A DNA stretch of 48,841 nt from a virus (lineage: Duplodnaviria > Caudoviricetes): IMG/VR virus record IMGVR_UViG_3300037127_000006, positions 1-48,841 of that record. One strand, given 5' to 3'. The notes beneath the pieces were generated by a model. It had not been told where the DNA came from and did not search any database. It saw only the letters and a program-made list of their open reading frames with translations. How positions within the stretch are numbered: the first letter of the stretch is position 1; each line of letters starts with the position of its first letter. Of the stretch, positions 23,975 to 34,931 are shown piece by piece. The position numbers and the translations under genes were made by a program.

Positions 23975-25293
23975 TAACGATACTGCCTCACGGTAATTGC
24001 ACCCTGCGTAAGCGTGATGGGATCAGCACTGGCATCACGTTTCCCGTACAGCTCCACCGTGATGTTCCCGCCACTGATGAGTCCGGCGGCAACAGCGGCA
24101 TCGTAGCCCAAGAGCGTGAATGGAATATCGTTGGAACCGCCGGTCAGATTTATGATGTTATACTCCCGGGAGATGTCCTCGCCGGTTCCACTCGTGACCC
24201 TGATTTTCAGGAACGCCTCCTCATTTACTCCAGCGGCATCGTAGTCCAGCACGCCGCAGGCAGTCACATCCAAAATATCGCCTGCCGTGGCAGCAAGGGT
24301 CACATCCAGCGATCCGATGAGAGCGTAGCTCGTTCCGAGCGCACTGGTCCCGCTGAATCCCTCATGCCCGAGGCCGACCATCGTGTTGACTCCGCTTGCC
24401 ATCTTCGCGGGTGTCACCGCCGCGTCCTGAATCTTCGGCGTCGTCACGGCATCGCTGGCGATCTTGGTGGCCGTCACAGCCGATGCACCGATCTTCTCGT
24501 TCGTCACAGCCCCGACATCTATCTTGGCGGTCCCGACCGCACTGGCGGCAATCTTGGGAGCCGTCACTGCGTCGGCGGCAATCTTGGGAGCCGTTACAGC
24601 ACTCGCTCCGATCTTCGCACCGGAAACCGCCAGATCCTTGATCTTGGAAGACGACACGCCACCGTCGTTGATCTCAACAAAAGGATTGAGCGTCTGTCCC
24701 GTGGCACCGGAAACTCTCAGGCCGCCACCAACCGTCAGTGTCCTGGAAACAAACGTGCTTCCCGTGGAGAAACAGAGGATTCCCGGTGTCGCCGGCAACG
24801 TAGCCACCCCAGCCGACGCCTTGTTCTCCAGTACCGTCGCGGTATCATCCCAGCCGATGAGCAGATTCGCCGCAGGGATCGGCAACCGCAGGGAATAATT
24901 CGCAGGGTCCAAGGTCTCCGCGATTTTTACCGCCCCGTTCACGTCATTGGCAACCTGCTGGATTTCCATGCAAAGCCGGTCGGCCATGTTCTCGTGAGAC
25001 TCCGGATGGAAGTCCCCGATGTTTCTGAACTGCGTGGGCTGTGTCAGCGGCAGCACGCGCCGAATCGTCAGGACATAATCCGTCGTGAGATTCCCCGCCG
25101 TCAGTGTAATCGTCTTCGCCACGGTATCCACCGTGTAATCGGTGTCCTTCACCAGCGTCGTCTCGTTGTCGCTGGTGTCGCGCACGGTAAGCAGAAGCTC
25201 CGTGGCGTTGAATATCCTGAAGCCATAGGAATACGTTGCCGTCGCACCGTTTCCAATGTAGTCTTCCCGGCTGCTCGTGCTGGAAATAGTCAT
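23974..25293 (-). CDS. Tail fibre protein
   Basis: T7-like N-terminal anchor (YIGNGAT.TY.Y.FRIF...DY.V...TIRRV...DRL.M..QQ); 10-aa shaft repeats. Confidence 0.88.
   Translation of the reverse strand: MTISSTSSREDYIGNGATATYSYGFRIFNATELLLTVRDTSDNETTLVKDTDYTVDTVAKTITLTAGNLTTDYVLTIRRVLPLTQPTQFRNIGDFHPESHENMADRLCMEIQQVANDVNGAVKIAETLDPANYSLRLPIPAANLLIGWDDTATVLENKASAGVATLPATPGILCFSTGSTFVSRTLTVGGGLRVSGATGQTLNPFVEINDGGVSSSKIKDLAVSGAKIGASAVTAPKIAADAVTAPKIAASAVGTAKIDVGAVTNEKIGASAVTATKIASDAVTTPKIQDAAVTPAKMASGVNTMVGLGHEGFSGTSALGTSYALIGSLDVTLAATAGDILDVTACGVLDYDAAGVNEEAFLKIRVTSGTGEDISREYNIINLTGGSNDIPFTLLGYDAAVAAGLISGGNITVELYGKRDASADPITLTQGAITVRQYR
24391..24660 (-). repeat. Nine 30-nt coding repeats (AVTxxKIxxx) in the fibre shaft
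   Basis: GVSSSKIKDL through AVTPAKMASG; ATCTT recurs every 30 nt on the + strand. Confidence 0.9.
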
Positions 25294-28200
25294 CGTTTGG
25301 GTCTCCTAAATCCCGGTGGCGGGCCGAAGAGGATCGAAGTGGGAGTCTCCGATGTCCCGTCGAGCAACGCACCTCCGCCTCGAATCATCGACTCGAATTG
25401 CTCAGTCGGTATGTGAAGAAGTATACCAGCCATCCCCATCAAGCCACGCCAGTTGCTTCCGTGAACGGCATCCTCCAAGTCGGCAACGAGCTTGACTCCG
25501 GCGGGGCCGCGGTAGCGGTAGCCCTTCAAAGGACCCACGATCTCGCGCACGAACATCAGGTCGCTGATGGGCGAGAGCGCGGCGTCGGCAATGATCTTAC
25601 CAACCATGTCTTCGTCGTCTCCGCCACGCAGGAACCACATGGCGAATCCTGCCAGCATCTCAGGCAACCAGAAGATCGTGATGAAGTCCGCTGCAAACAG
25701 CCCGGCGTTTTCCATCGAGAATCCGTTGGCGAATCTCTGCCCGAACCGCTTGACGGCAAGATTGGTTCTGGCGATGAAATACGTGCCGAACATGGTGAAC
25801 AGGCTTACAACCCCTTTGATCCTCTGGAGTCTGGTCAGATCCTTGATCGTGCCGCCACCCTGAGTGCGAAGGACCATCTGGTCGGCGATCGCAATTGCTT
25901 CCTTCTCGAACGCTTCCGTTTCTTCAAGGCTCGAAGGCTTGCCGAGCCTTGCCTTCTCGCGCTGATAGGTGGCGGACCAGACGATGTTATCCACCAACTT
26001 CTGCGCGCGAATGATGAGGTACATCGACCAAGCCTCCACGCCACGCAGAATCTTTCCCCTGAATGTCGTGGTATTGCGGATCTCATTGATGTCGCGGTCT
26101 TGGGTAAGTCCGCGGTTCCTCATGGTGAGGCTTTTTTCCGAGATATTGAAGGCGGTCTCCTCGCCCGCCTGGACTCCGCCGCCGATGGACTTGACGCCTT
26201 TGACGATCCATTCCGGGCCGACCTCGGGGATGGCATTGGCGAGCCCGAAGAACTGCATGAAAGCGGTGGTCATCTTGACGCCAAGCACGCTGATGGTCGT
26301 TCCACGTCTTATCGCTCCGGCAAGGGCATCCAACTCGTCATGGTTGGCGTTGTCGGCCGCCGTGACAGCTCCGAGTGTCATGAGGATCTCACGGTAGAAC
26401 TTTTGCCCGTATGCACCGACCATCGCATCGCGGACATCCTTGCGCCTCAGAAGTCTTTGCAGATCCAGCATGACCTCGTAATGCGTCAGGTCGTGGATCA
26501 TGTCTTCGAGAACGGTGTAGAGGACGTTGGTATCCAGCAGGACAGGCCAGCCAAGTTCCTTGATCCTCTCCTTCCTGCGTCCGCTTTTTGTCGCTCCGCG
26601 GAACGTCAGGCCATCACGGACCCTTCTGATGTGTTCCTCCACGTTCTGCTCATGTGTACGCTCGATCATCTCGGGATCGTGAACGATGGGGAAGTACCCG
26701 TCTTCCTTTGCGATCGTTCCGATCGGAGTCTCGATCGGAATGGAACCGACACGCTCCGGCGCGATCCCGTCCACCCTCTCACTCAGGGCCTTGATCTTGG
26801 GCCACATGCGGCCCAACAGTTTCCACACTTCGTCAACGTACCTGATCTCCTCGTCGGTGAGTCTTCCGCTGCGGAAGACCACCTGTTCGAGCTGTTCCTC
26901 CGTTACCGGATACCCCTTCTGCTTGAACCTGGCAAGGATGCCGGCACGGTTGTCGGCGTTGCCCCAGTTCATCGCAATGGAGATAAGATCATCCTTGTTG
27001 AGCGACACCCCGCCAAGTTCCTCGATAACTTCCCGCCTGCTCTTTCGCCACGTCTCAAGGATGCTGTAATCCGGCATGATCTCTCTCAGTTCCAGCATGA
27101 TCGTCCTGCGCATCTCGACCTCGTTGGCCGATGCCTCGATCAGTCTCATCATGACTGTCTTGAACAGCAATCCGCCGTCCTCGAAGCCATCGGCAAGGTT
27201 GATGAGGTTGTCGAGCGTGCGGTTCATGAAGAAGAGTCCGCGAAGGGTGTTGCCGAACTTCTCAAGATTCGTCCGACCGCTGACCGTGCCGACGATGCTC
27301 TCCTGTATCTTGATGAGTTTCTCCCTCTCCGCCTTGATCTCCTCCTTGGGGGCGTTTTCCGCCACCATCTTGTCGATCTTCTCCGCCTGTTTGCGGAGCT
27401 TTCTGTGCTTCTTGGAATTCTCGACGATGGATTTCACGACCCGTTCGGCCAGCTCGTTCATTTCCCGTGCTTTCTTCTCTGAGATCAGCTTGTTCTTGCG
27501 CGAAGCGAGATGAGCGATGTGCTTGAGCGAGTTGATGACCTCGCGGAACTCGTCCAAGGTGATGTCCTGGAAGTTGATCTTCGCAGCCCGGTCGATGACT
27601 TCCTGCGGGACGTTGGGCTGTTCGCCTTTTTCCTTCTGCTCCTTGATCCACTTGTTCAGACTCTCGCGGTTGGCGAGCACCGAAGTCGGAACCTTGACGA
27701 ACTCGTAAAGCTCCAAGATACGGTCGATCTGCTCAAGGAAGTCCTCCCCCGCCCGCCCGATTGCCTGGCGCCGGGGTTTCTTCTTGAGGTCCTTGGCAAG
27801 TTGAATCCCCTTCTCAATCTCCTGTTGCGCTTCGATTGCGGCACGGGCCATCTCGAACCATTCCAGTTGTGCGATTCGGGCCCGGAACGCTCCCTCGTAG
27901 TTTCCGCGCATCATCTCACGAATGGCGATCCTGCCGGCACGCCGGGCACTGCGCTCATAAGCCGCGGCACTGATTCTGCGGATCGGCTTCTTGCCGACAG
28001 CCTCACGCGCTCCTTCGCGGTACTCGGCAGGAGAGCGGACCTTCTCTTCGCTTACCGCACGGGTAAGTTCCTTGAAGGTCTTGAATCGGTTGGAAATAAG
28101 CCACTTGAGTTCCGCCTGCATTCTGAGCGAATTCTTTTCGTTGTAGACGGCTTGTATCGCCTCGTCGTAAATCTCCGCCTCGCTCTTGGTCTCAAACACT

Positions 28201-31200
28201 TCCTGGTCCATGCGCTCGTCCACCGCGCGATCCACGATGCTCTGCACGGAGCCGCGGACCTGAAGATCCCTCGTGACCTGCTTTGCCTGTTGCTTGACCG
28301 CATCGAGTTCCTTCTGGACGTTCTCGCGGTTGCGCACGGTATCCAGGAGGCGCTTCACATCGACCTTGCGCTCCGAGACGGCAAGGGCTTCAGCCTGTCC
28401 GGGAATGTCTTCCTTGATCTTGCGACGCGATTCCAGCCGCTTGTGTTCCGCCGTGATGAGCCAGTCGTAGAACTGCTGTGCGGTGGCACGGTGGTCTTCG
28501 AGAATCTCGCTGGCCCAGTCGTCGGCCAGCCGGCCTTTTTCCTTTTTCTTGTAGCGATCCGGGATCTCTTCCCATTCCTCGACTTCACCTTCAATGGGAG
28601 CCACGCCGGTATCGGCAATAAGTTGCAGGAGTCTTCTGAGTTCCTCCGTTCCCTGCCTCTCGGCACGGGTGAGTTCCCTGTGGATCTCTTCGGCCAGAGT
28701 CCTCTGGTCCCGGGTGAGTTTGCGCTTGACCTGGATCTGCTCTTTCCAGAGAGCCTCGACCTCGGCGGCAAGCCGTCTCTCCTGTTCTTGGAGTTGCTTG
28801 AGGCTTGCCTCAAGCTCCGCCCGCATGGTTGTGGACGGATGCGCGGCAAGCTCCTCCTGCTGGATGTCAAGCAACGCCGTAATCACCTCGTCTCCGCTCT
28901 CGAACTTCTCTTCCTCTGTAATGGCCTCCAAGGAGTTGAGATTCTCCTTGAGTTGATCCGCGTTGATGCCTTCCTTTGCAACCGCCGCTGGCGGAAGCAG
29001 ATCCAGCACCGCCTCGCCGTAGCCATCCTCGATGATGGATTGCCGGGCAAGTTTCTGTGGTCTCTGGCCGTTGCCAAATTCAGGTACGCTCCCGTCCGGC
29101 ATGGTACCGTTGATGAGGATGGAGTAGGCAATGACGTCACGTCTGCGCTCGATTCTCTCGCGTTCCTCCGCTTCAATCTCCCTGCGACGCCTCAGGGCTG
29201 CAGCGGCCTCGCGGCGCCGGATAATCTCCATTCTCTTCTGGAAAAATTCCTCAATCGCAATGGCGTTGGCTTCTTCGATGTCCTCCAGATACTTCGCCGC
29301 CTGTTGCTCGTTCATGCCGACGGCTTTCGGATCTACAAACAACGCTTCAACCGCCTGCGATTGACGGGCCACGGCAATCTGCTGCTCGCTTGCCAGAAGC
29401 CTGTCCATGATGTCCTTGATCTCGGGAGCCAGCGTGATGCCGAGAACCTTTTCTTTGTAAATGCGGACGAGCCAAGAGGCAAAGGTACGGAATGCGTCCC
29501 GCAAAGTACGGCTCGGGGCCTGACCCTGCATGAAGTAGACCTCAGCGGAACGTGCCCATTTTTCGTGCTGCTCATCTCCGATCTCGTCGAAGGACTTGAC
29601 ATCCAAATACTTCAGCACCGCTTCGGCCTGCCTGGCGAACCTGTCCTGCTGGATCGTGCGTTCCTCTTCGGGGATCGCCAGCACGGTTGCGTAGTCGCGG
29701 CCGATCTCGTCCAGCCAAATGTGACCGGTCTCATGCAGAAAGGTTGAACGGTTGGCTTTGCGGAAGAAGCCGATAAAGATGCCCTCTTCAACAAAACGGG
29801 CGCGACCCCGGGCTTCTTGGAGGAACGTCCTCGCTACCTGCTCGACGACGCCCTCCTCCGAAACCACCTCAATCCCGACTCGCTCCTGCCGGAACAGCGC
29901 GAACGGGTCCTGTCCCAAGAGGCGACCGCGTTGACGGTATCGCTCCGCCCAAACAGCCGCGTACAGATCCGCCTGCGCTTCCGTAAGTCCGCGCATCCCT
30001 TCAACCTCGTTGAGCTTCAGAGACATAAGAGCTTCTCGGACTGCGGTACGGATGTTGTTGACCGACCTCTCTTCGGCGGCGGTTGCCTCGCGTGCGACCT
30101 CGCGGGCTCTGCGGATCTTGGCACGCTCCTCAACAGGTACACCTTCAGGGGCGCGTTTACCCACCTCAATGAGTTTGACCTGATTCTCGGCGGCCCTGAG
30201 AGCCGACTCCGTGTCGGCAATTTCCCCGTCAAGGTCCTCGGCGGCTTTCGAGCCATCCTCCACGCCTTCACGTTCCTCCCTCATTCGCGCCAAGGTATCA
30301 TTCGTTGCAGCAATCTGTTCTTCAAGTTCCTGCTGAGAAAGCATTTCCTCCTCAACAATCCCGGCTTCCTCCATCCTTTGCTGGACCCATGTGCCAAGCT
30401 CGTCGGAGAGATCCTGGTGGTACTCTTTTATGCTCATCTCCGATTGGTTGACCTTGGAGCCGATAAGAGCGTTGGTCAACTCGGTACTGGGAGAAATTTC
30501 CTTGATAAAGACTTCCGTTGCCATTGGAAGTTGTCCGGACCCCTGATCCCCGGTCTCCTCCTCGTAGACTGCGACATCTCCCGTCATGCGGACCCACTCA
30601 GCCTGCGGGTCCCTGCCCTGCTCCTCCCAGTATTCGATCCAGTCCTCGGCAGGAATGTAGAATTCCTTCTGTCCGGTGGCCTCGGCGACCTCTCTTATGA
30701 GCCGTTCAACCGCCTCCGGTGCCTCCTTGCTCAAATCAGAATCCCTCATCACCAGATGAAGCGCACGAATGAGTCCTTCGCTCTGGCCTGGAGGCACAAC
30801 CAGTTTGTCCGTACTGAAGGTGCTTGCAATCGCTCCGGGCACATGCGGAATGGCAAAGGCGATAAGTTCCGCCAAAATCTGCTCACCCTCGGGAATGATC
30901 CTTTCACCCTGAAGAAACGCAGCCAGCCTTTCTTCCGAGAACTCACCCAGAACACCGTTGATTCCGCCGCGCTCCAAGGCGGCACGGAAGCCGGCACCAG
31001 CCTCGGGATTCTTCTTGATGAATTTCCTGAATGCCTTCTGCCCCTGTCCTGGGAACCGCTCAAGCATTTCCCGGTAAGCCCTGCCGAGTTTGCCGGGACG
31101 AACGCGCAAATAAGCCTTGAAAAGCGTCTGATTGAGATGACTGTCCATCGCCTTCATGAAAGCAGCCGAACCGAATCTCTCGGACGCCAGCTCGGTCCAC

Positions 31201-32450
31201 GCATGGTAGTAGGCCGCAGGAAGGGCGATCAGGAACGGTTCCGCCTGTTCCGGGTGGATCGACACGGCCCATCTGCCGTCGGCAATCTCGATCCCGATCC
31301 CCGGTGTCATGCGCTCGATCGTGCCTTTGGCGACCCGGCCGGGAGAAGCGGCGGCGGTCTGAACGAAGCTGCCGAGCACGAACCCGGTGGCTTTCATGGC
31401 GGCACGTCTGAGGAACGACTGGGCTGCGGCTTTGGCCCCTCCCACGGCAAGGCCCCTGACTCCGGAGAACACCCCGCCAGTTGCCGCAAACTCGCCGACA
31501 AACGCCGGCATCTCAGATACGATCGTGGCGACATTCCCCAGAACGTTGTGTCCACGTTCCTCGGCCGCAATCGCAAGGCGCATGAAGCGGACAAGTTTGA
31601 ATCTCTGTGCGTCGCTGGCCGTGCCAGCCTCGACCGCCTTGGCCGCGTCGTAGATTTCCTTCACCTTCGCGGCGTCAACAACGGCTCCGATGAACGGGGC
31701 AAGGAACGCAGGGTTCTCCCTGAAACGTTTCTTGACGGTTTCATAGGCACCAGTAGCTCCCTCACCTTGGATATAGGCTTCCTCGGCCTTGAGTTCCTCA
31801 AGGAAGTCCTCCATGGTCTTCCTTCTCGCAAGGACGTCCGCCGCAGGGCCGAGACCAAGCATTTGCCAAAAGCCCTTCTTGGCCGCCCTCTCTGCCATCT
31901 CCCCGATTCCCTGCTCCCTTGAAAGGGCTTCGGCCATCGTCGTGAGATACTCATCCGAGAGTTGCCACATGAGGGGATCTTTTTTTAGAAGCCTGAGTCT
32001 GTGCTCGACCGACCCCATGCGTTGCTTGTCCTCATCCGACATGCCCTTGACGTACATCGGATGCTCGACGAAGAACTTGCTTACGGTGGGGGATTTTTCA
32101 ACCCAAGCGCGGTAATCCCAGTCCGGTGCCATGACCTCCTTTTCAAGTGCCTCAAAGTTGTTATTGACGAAATCATGCGGAAGACCCGTTCGGCCCATCA
32201 CGTCGAAGAGGCGCCTCAGAGCCTTCGGGTCAAGCTGTGCGCCCTCGTCAAGCGCAAAGTTGAGAGACCTCGCCCGCTGATCCATAACGATGTCGTAAGG
32301 CGTGACGTGCCTGACGGGGACATTCTCATCAACCTTGGGTTCCCTCACAGCCCTGAAGAACTCATCCTGCTTCTTGAGGCTCGGCGCAAAGGTTCTCTTC
32401 GGCTTTTTCTCCTCTTCCTCTCTCTTTTTCCCTGGTACGCGAAGGCCCAT
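25290..32450 (-). CDS. Giant internal virion / DNA-ejection polyvalent protein (2386 aa)
   Basis: Position equivalent to T7 gp16; STFLHETGH...QHEKWAR..E.Y zincin-like motif; helical and coiled-coil. Confidence 0.8.
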   Translation of the reverse strand: MGLRVPGKKREEEEKKPKRTFAPSLKKQDEFFRAVREPKVDENVPVRHVTPYDIVMDQRARSLNFALDEGAQLDPKALRRLFDVMGRTGLPHDFVNNNFEALEKEVMAPDWDYRAWVEKSPTVSKFFVEHPMYVKGMSDEDKQRMGSVEHRLRLLKKDPLMWQLSDEYLTTMAEALSREQGIGEMAERAAKKGFWQMLGLGPAADVLARRKTMEDFLEELKAEEAYIQGEGATGAYETVKKRFRENPAFLAPFIGAVVDAAKVKEIYDAAKAVEAGTASDAQRFKLVRFMRLAIAAEERGHNVLGNVATIVSEMPAFVGEFAATGGVFSGVRGLAVGGAKAAAQSFLRRAAMKATGFVLGSFVQTAAASPGRVAKGTIERMTPGIGIEIADGRWAVSIHPEQAEPFLIALPAAYYHAWTELASERFGSAAFMKAMDSHLNQTLFKAYLRVRPGKLGRAYREMLERFPGQGQKAFRKFIKKNPEAGAGFRAALERGGINGVLGEFSEERLAAFLQGERIIPEGEQILAELIAFAIPHVPGAIASTFSTDKLVVPPGQSEGLIRALHLVMRDSDLSKEAPEAVERLIREVAEATGQKEFYIPAEDWIEYWEEQGRDPQAEWVRMTGDVAVYEEETGDQGSGQLPMATEVFIKEISPSTELTNALIGSKVNQSEMSIKEYHQDLSDELGTWVQQRMEEAGIVEEEMLSQQELEEQIAATNDTLARMREEREGVEDGSKAAEDLDGEIADTESALRAAENQVKLIEVGKRAPEGVPVEERAKIRRAREVAREATAAEERSVNNIRTAVREALMSLKLNEVEGMRGLTEAQADLYAAVWAERYRQRGRLLGQDPFALFRQERVGIEVVSEEGVVEQVARTFLQEARGRARFVEEGIFIGFFRKANRSTFLHETGHIWLDEIGRDYATVLAIPEEERTIQQDRFARQAEAVLKYLDVKSFDEIGDEQHEKWARSAEVYFMQGQAPSRTLRDAFRTFASWLVRIYKEKVLGITLAPEIKDIMDRLLASEQQIAVARQSQAVEALFVDPKAVGMNEQQAAKYLEDIEEANAIAIEEFFQKRMEIIRRREAAAALRRRREIEAEERERIERRRDVIAYSILINGTMPDGSVPEFGNGQRPQKLARQSIIEDGYGEAVLDLLPPAAVAKEGINADQLKENLNSLEAITEEEKFESGDEVITALLDIQQEELAAHPSTTMRAELEASLKQLQEQERRLAAEVEALWKEQIQVKRKLTRDQRTLAEEIHRELTRAERQGTEELRRLLQLIADTGVAPIEGEVEEWEEIPDRYKKKEKGRLADDWASEILEDHRATAQQFYDWLITAEHKRLESRRKIKEDIPGQAEALAVSERKVDVKRLLDTVRNRENVQKELDAVKQQAKQVTRDLQVRGSVQSIVDRAVDERMDQEVFETKSEAEIYDEAIQAVYNEKNSLRMQAELKWLISNRFKTFKELTRAVSEEKVRSPAEYREGAREAVGKKPIRRISAAAYERSARRAGRIAIREMMRGNYEGAFRARIAQLEWFEMARAAIEAQQEIEKGIQLAKDLKKKPRRQAIGRAGEDFLEQIDRILELYEFVKVPTSVLANRESLNKWIKEQKEKGEQPNVPQEVIDRAAKINFQDITLDEFREVINSLKHIAHLASRKNKLISEKKAREMNELAERVVKSIVENSKKHRKLRKQAEKIDKMVAENAPKEEIKAEREKLIKIQESIVGTVSGRTNLEKFGNTLRGLFFMNRTLDNLINLADGFEDGGLLFKTVMMRLIEASANEVEMRRTIMLELREIMPDYSILETWRKSRREVIEELGGVSLNKDDLISIAMNWGNADNRAGILARFKQKGYPVTEEQLEQVVFRSGRLTDEEIRYVDEVWKLLGRMWPKIKALSERVDGIAPERVGSIPIETPIGTIAKEDGYFPIVHDPEMIERTHEQNVEEHIRRVRDGLTFRGATKSGRRKERIKELGWPVLLDTNVLYTVLEDMIHDLTHYEVMLDLQRLLRRKDVRDAMVGAYGQKFYREILMTLGAVTAADNANHDELDALAGAIRRGTTISVLGVKMTTAFMQFFGLANAIPEVGPEWIVKGVKSIGGGVQAGEETAFNISEKSLTMRNRGLTQDRDINEIRNTTTFRGKILRGVEAWSMYLIIRAQKLVDNIVWSATYQREKARLGKPSSLEETEAFEKEAIAIADQMVLRTQGGGTIKDLTRLQRIKGVVSLFTMFGTYFIARTNLAVKRFGQRFANGFSMENAGLFAADFITIFWLPEMLAGFAMWFLRGGDDEDMVGKIIADAALSPISDLMFVREIVGPLKGYRYRGPAGVKLVADLEDAVHGSNWRGLMGMAGILLHIPTEQFESMIRGGGALLDGTSETPTSILFGPPPGFRRPKR

Positions 32451-34324
32451 TATCTCTCCCCAAGGACGTCCTGGTATGCGTCATAATCCCGCAGGATGTA
32501 AAAAGCAATTGCCGCCTTCTTGATCTGCTCATCGGTCGGCTCGAAGTCCCCGCCCCGCTTGTTTTTGAAATCCATCACGATCATCTTGGAAGCAATCGCC
32601 GGGATGCTCGTGAGTACATCCGGGTCCTCCGCGACGGCCTTTCGCTGCTCGTCGGTCAGCGCGAAAATGGAAATCTCCCCGACCTGTTCGCCAAACTCTG
32701 CGGCAAACAGCGGCGTGATATGCCACGCTCCGGGAATGTCGTATCCGACCATGCCGGCGGAGAGTTTTGCGGCCAAGAGCCTGCGCTCATTGGTATCCAT
32801 TTCCTTTTCGTTGCGCCTCTTGTGCATCTCATTCTCCGCATTGACGAACTGCTCGAAAGTCCTGACGAAGAACATCTTTCGCTGTAGGTACATTCGTTTC
32901 ATCTCCGGCGTCATGCCTTCTTGGGACACCGGCATGATGTCGTTCGCTTTCATGTACATCTCGATTTCCTGTAGTTCACCCAAGAGTTTTTGGTATTCAG
33001 GCCCCTTCTCCTTTGCGGCAAGAACCATATTTTCAGCACGAATCCTGTCGGATCGGCTAAATTTCGACAGGTACGTCTCGTAGAGTTCCTGCGGGAACAT
33101 CTTTGCCAGAAGTTCTGGCTTCGTGCGGAACACCGTGAAGAATTCATTCCAGAGGATCGGATCGGTCTGGGGGTCTTTTCGGCGAGACTTCAGGGCATCC
33201 AGCATTCTTGCTGGCATCGCCGCTTGATCCACGGGATTAATAAGTTCATCTACAGGCACGTCAGGGTTCTCATCAACCAGTCGTGCATAACGCTCAAACA
33301 AGTCGGACTTGACTTCCTTCTCCCTCTCTTCCATCTCGCTGAATCTTCTTTCAAGTTCGTCAAGGGATCGACGTTTCAACTCAGGATTGCCTGCAAGCCG
33401 TTCCCTGATATTCTGCCTCGCCTTGAGCTTAAAATCACTGAACTGCTTGTCAGTCAGATGAGAAGTGATGTCGCCACTCTGTATAAGCGGAACCAATTCA
33501 CTTCCTATGGGAAGACCGACTTCAGTGGCACCCCAGAAAAATGCCGCCTCGACCTCTTCGTCCACCTGTCTTATCACCCCCGCCAACCGGATCGCATTGA
33601 TAAGCCTGTTCTTCGCAGGCCCCTCAATGATCTTGTCGCCGTGGTTTTTGAAATACTCCTCAGCGGACCCGGATCGCTTGTCGGCCAACAGGCGCTCAAT
33701 GACGCTCGAATGCGCCTCGCTCGCCATGACAGCAACGCGATTGTCCACCCATTCCTTGCCCTTGCCGGTATCCTCCGCGTATTCACGGATTGACGCGGCA
33801 CTTCCGGCAAGGCTCGACGTAATCATGGCTTCATCCACGCGACCGACAGGATCGACCGCGCTCTGCATCCGGTCCAGCGCGTGCGCCTTCTGCTGCTCCT
33901 CGAATGTGGTGTCACGGTACCTGTCGCGCTCGCGCTGTTCGTAGAGTTGCCCGAACCGATTAAGGCGAACGCCATAATTGGCAACGAGGCTCTCGTAGGC
34001 TTCCCTTACGTCCGGATCGGTGATCTCGGCACCAAGGGTGGAAGTGAAATCATCGAACTGCCTTCGCAGGTCGTCCGAGAGTCCGAACGCTTCCGATTCG
34101 GTTCTTTCTCTCGCCTGGACTTCCATCTCAACCATCTGGTTCGCCAATTGCGTATCCAGCTCATTGAGTTTGAGTTTCTGGGTGCGTTCCTTCTCCTTGG
34201 CGATTTCCTCTTGAATGAGGCCGATATTCTTCTGGGTCTGCCGGAACGCCGGCCCGAAGTCAACCATCCTTGGTTGCGGCTGTCTCGGTGCGCCCGGGAG
34301 CGCCTCTTCTGGTACTCTAGGCAT
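32450..34324 (-). CDS. Internal virion (ejection) protein, 624 aa
   Basis: Synteny; MPRVP start; helical charged composition. Confidence 0.7.
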   Translation of the reverse strand: MPRVPEEALPGAPRQPQPRMVDFGPAFRQTQKNIGLIQEEIAKEKERTQKLKLNELDTQLANQMVEMEVQARERTESEAFGLSDDLRRQFDDFTSTLGAEITDPDVREAYESLVANYGVRLNRFGQLYEQRERDRYRDTTFEEQQKAHALDRMQSAVDPVGRVDEAMITSSLAGSAASIREYAEDTGKGKEWVDNRVAVMASEAHSSVIERLLADKRSGSAEEYFKNHGDKIIEGPAKNRLINAIRLAGVIRQVDEEVEAAFFWGATEVGLPIGSELVPLIQSGDITSHLTDKQFSDFKLKARQNIRERLAGNPELKRRSLDELERRFSEMEEREKEVKSDLFERYARLVDENPDVPVDELINPVDQAAMPARMLDALKSRRKDPQTDPILWNEFFTVFRTKPELLAKMFPQELYETYLSKFSRSDRIRAENMVLAAKEKGPEYQKLLGELQEIEMYMKANDIMPVSQEGMTPEMKRMYLQRKMFFVRTFEQFVNAENEMHKRRNEKEMDTNERRLLAAKLSAGMVGYDIPGAWHITPLFAAEFGEQVGEISIFALTDEQRKAVAEDPDVLTSIPAIASKMIVMDFKNKRGGDFEPTDEQIKKAAIAFYILRDYDAYQDVLGER

Positions 34325-34327
34325 CTA

Positions 34328-34927
34328 TTATCCCCCTCCTCTGATGGGAATTCTTCTCACGCCGCCAAGTCGGGGAAATACGGCCTCTTCCGGCCGTTGC
34401 TTGGGTGTAGGAGCCGCGTCCTTCTTGAAAAAACCATACGCCTGAATCAACGCACCGCCGGCTTCAGCCGCACCGGCCGCATAGGTGGCAACCCGCTCGG
34501 CGCGGAGCGTAGCCTGTTCAATCGCCCGTTGTCCCCGCAGGGCTTCAGCCTCAAGAGTGAGACCGAGAACCTCCTTGGCGACGTTGTTGCGGATCGTCGC
34601 AGCGTCGATCATCCCCAAGGATTCCTCCTCCAGTTGGGCCAAAAGAGCGGAGCCCACACTCACATCAACCCCCTGCCCGGCGAATGAAGCCCGCAGGGCA
34701 GAGACTTCCTTCCTCGACGCTTGGCGAGCTTGAGAATAGGTGATGTCTCCGCGGCGCCGGGCATCCTCAATCTGCTTGCGGGTGTACCATTCCTGAAAGG
34801 CAAGAGACCGGTCGATCGCATCGGAGCGCATGCGCAGTTGCTCGTCCGCTGCGAATGCGCCGACGGCACTGACAAGTCCTTGCGCGATCGAGCCGTAGCC
34901 CATTCCCTGATTTGCGGTCATGCCCAT
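34328..34927 (-). CDS. Internal virion protein (T7 gp14-like position)
   Basis: A..GVDV..GSA motif; Ala/Gln-rich; follows nozzle gene. Confidence 0.75.
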   Translation of the reverse strand: MGMTANQGMGYGSIAQGLVSAVGAFAADEQLRMRSDAIDRSLAFQEWYTRKQIEDARRRGDITYSQARQASRKEVSALRASFAGQGVDVSVGSALLAQLEEESLGMIDAATIRNNVAKEVLGLTLEAEALRGQRAIEQATLRAERVATYAAGAAEAGGALIQAYGFFKKDAAPTPKQRPEEAVFPRLGGVRRIPIRGGG

Positions 34928-34931
34928 CTCA

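Noticed and set aside
23417-25293. Diversity-generating retroelement (suggested by BPP-1-like head genes and duplicated fibre tip)
   Set aside because: No reverse transcriptase; differences between the duplicates are mostly synonymous and not adenine-specific
25398-31922. Long plus-strand ORFs of 694, 745 and 701 aa (also 16893..19559, 46912..48588, 77..1042)
   Set aside because: Antisense shadows of GC-biased real genes; no motifs or RBS
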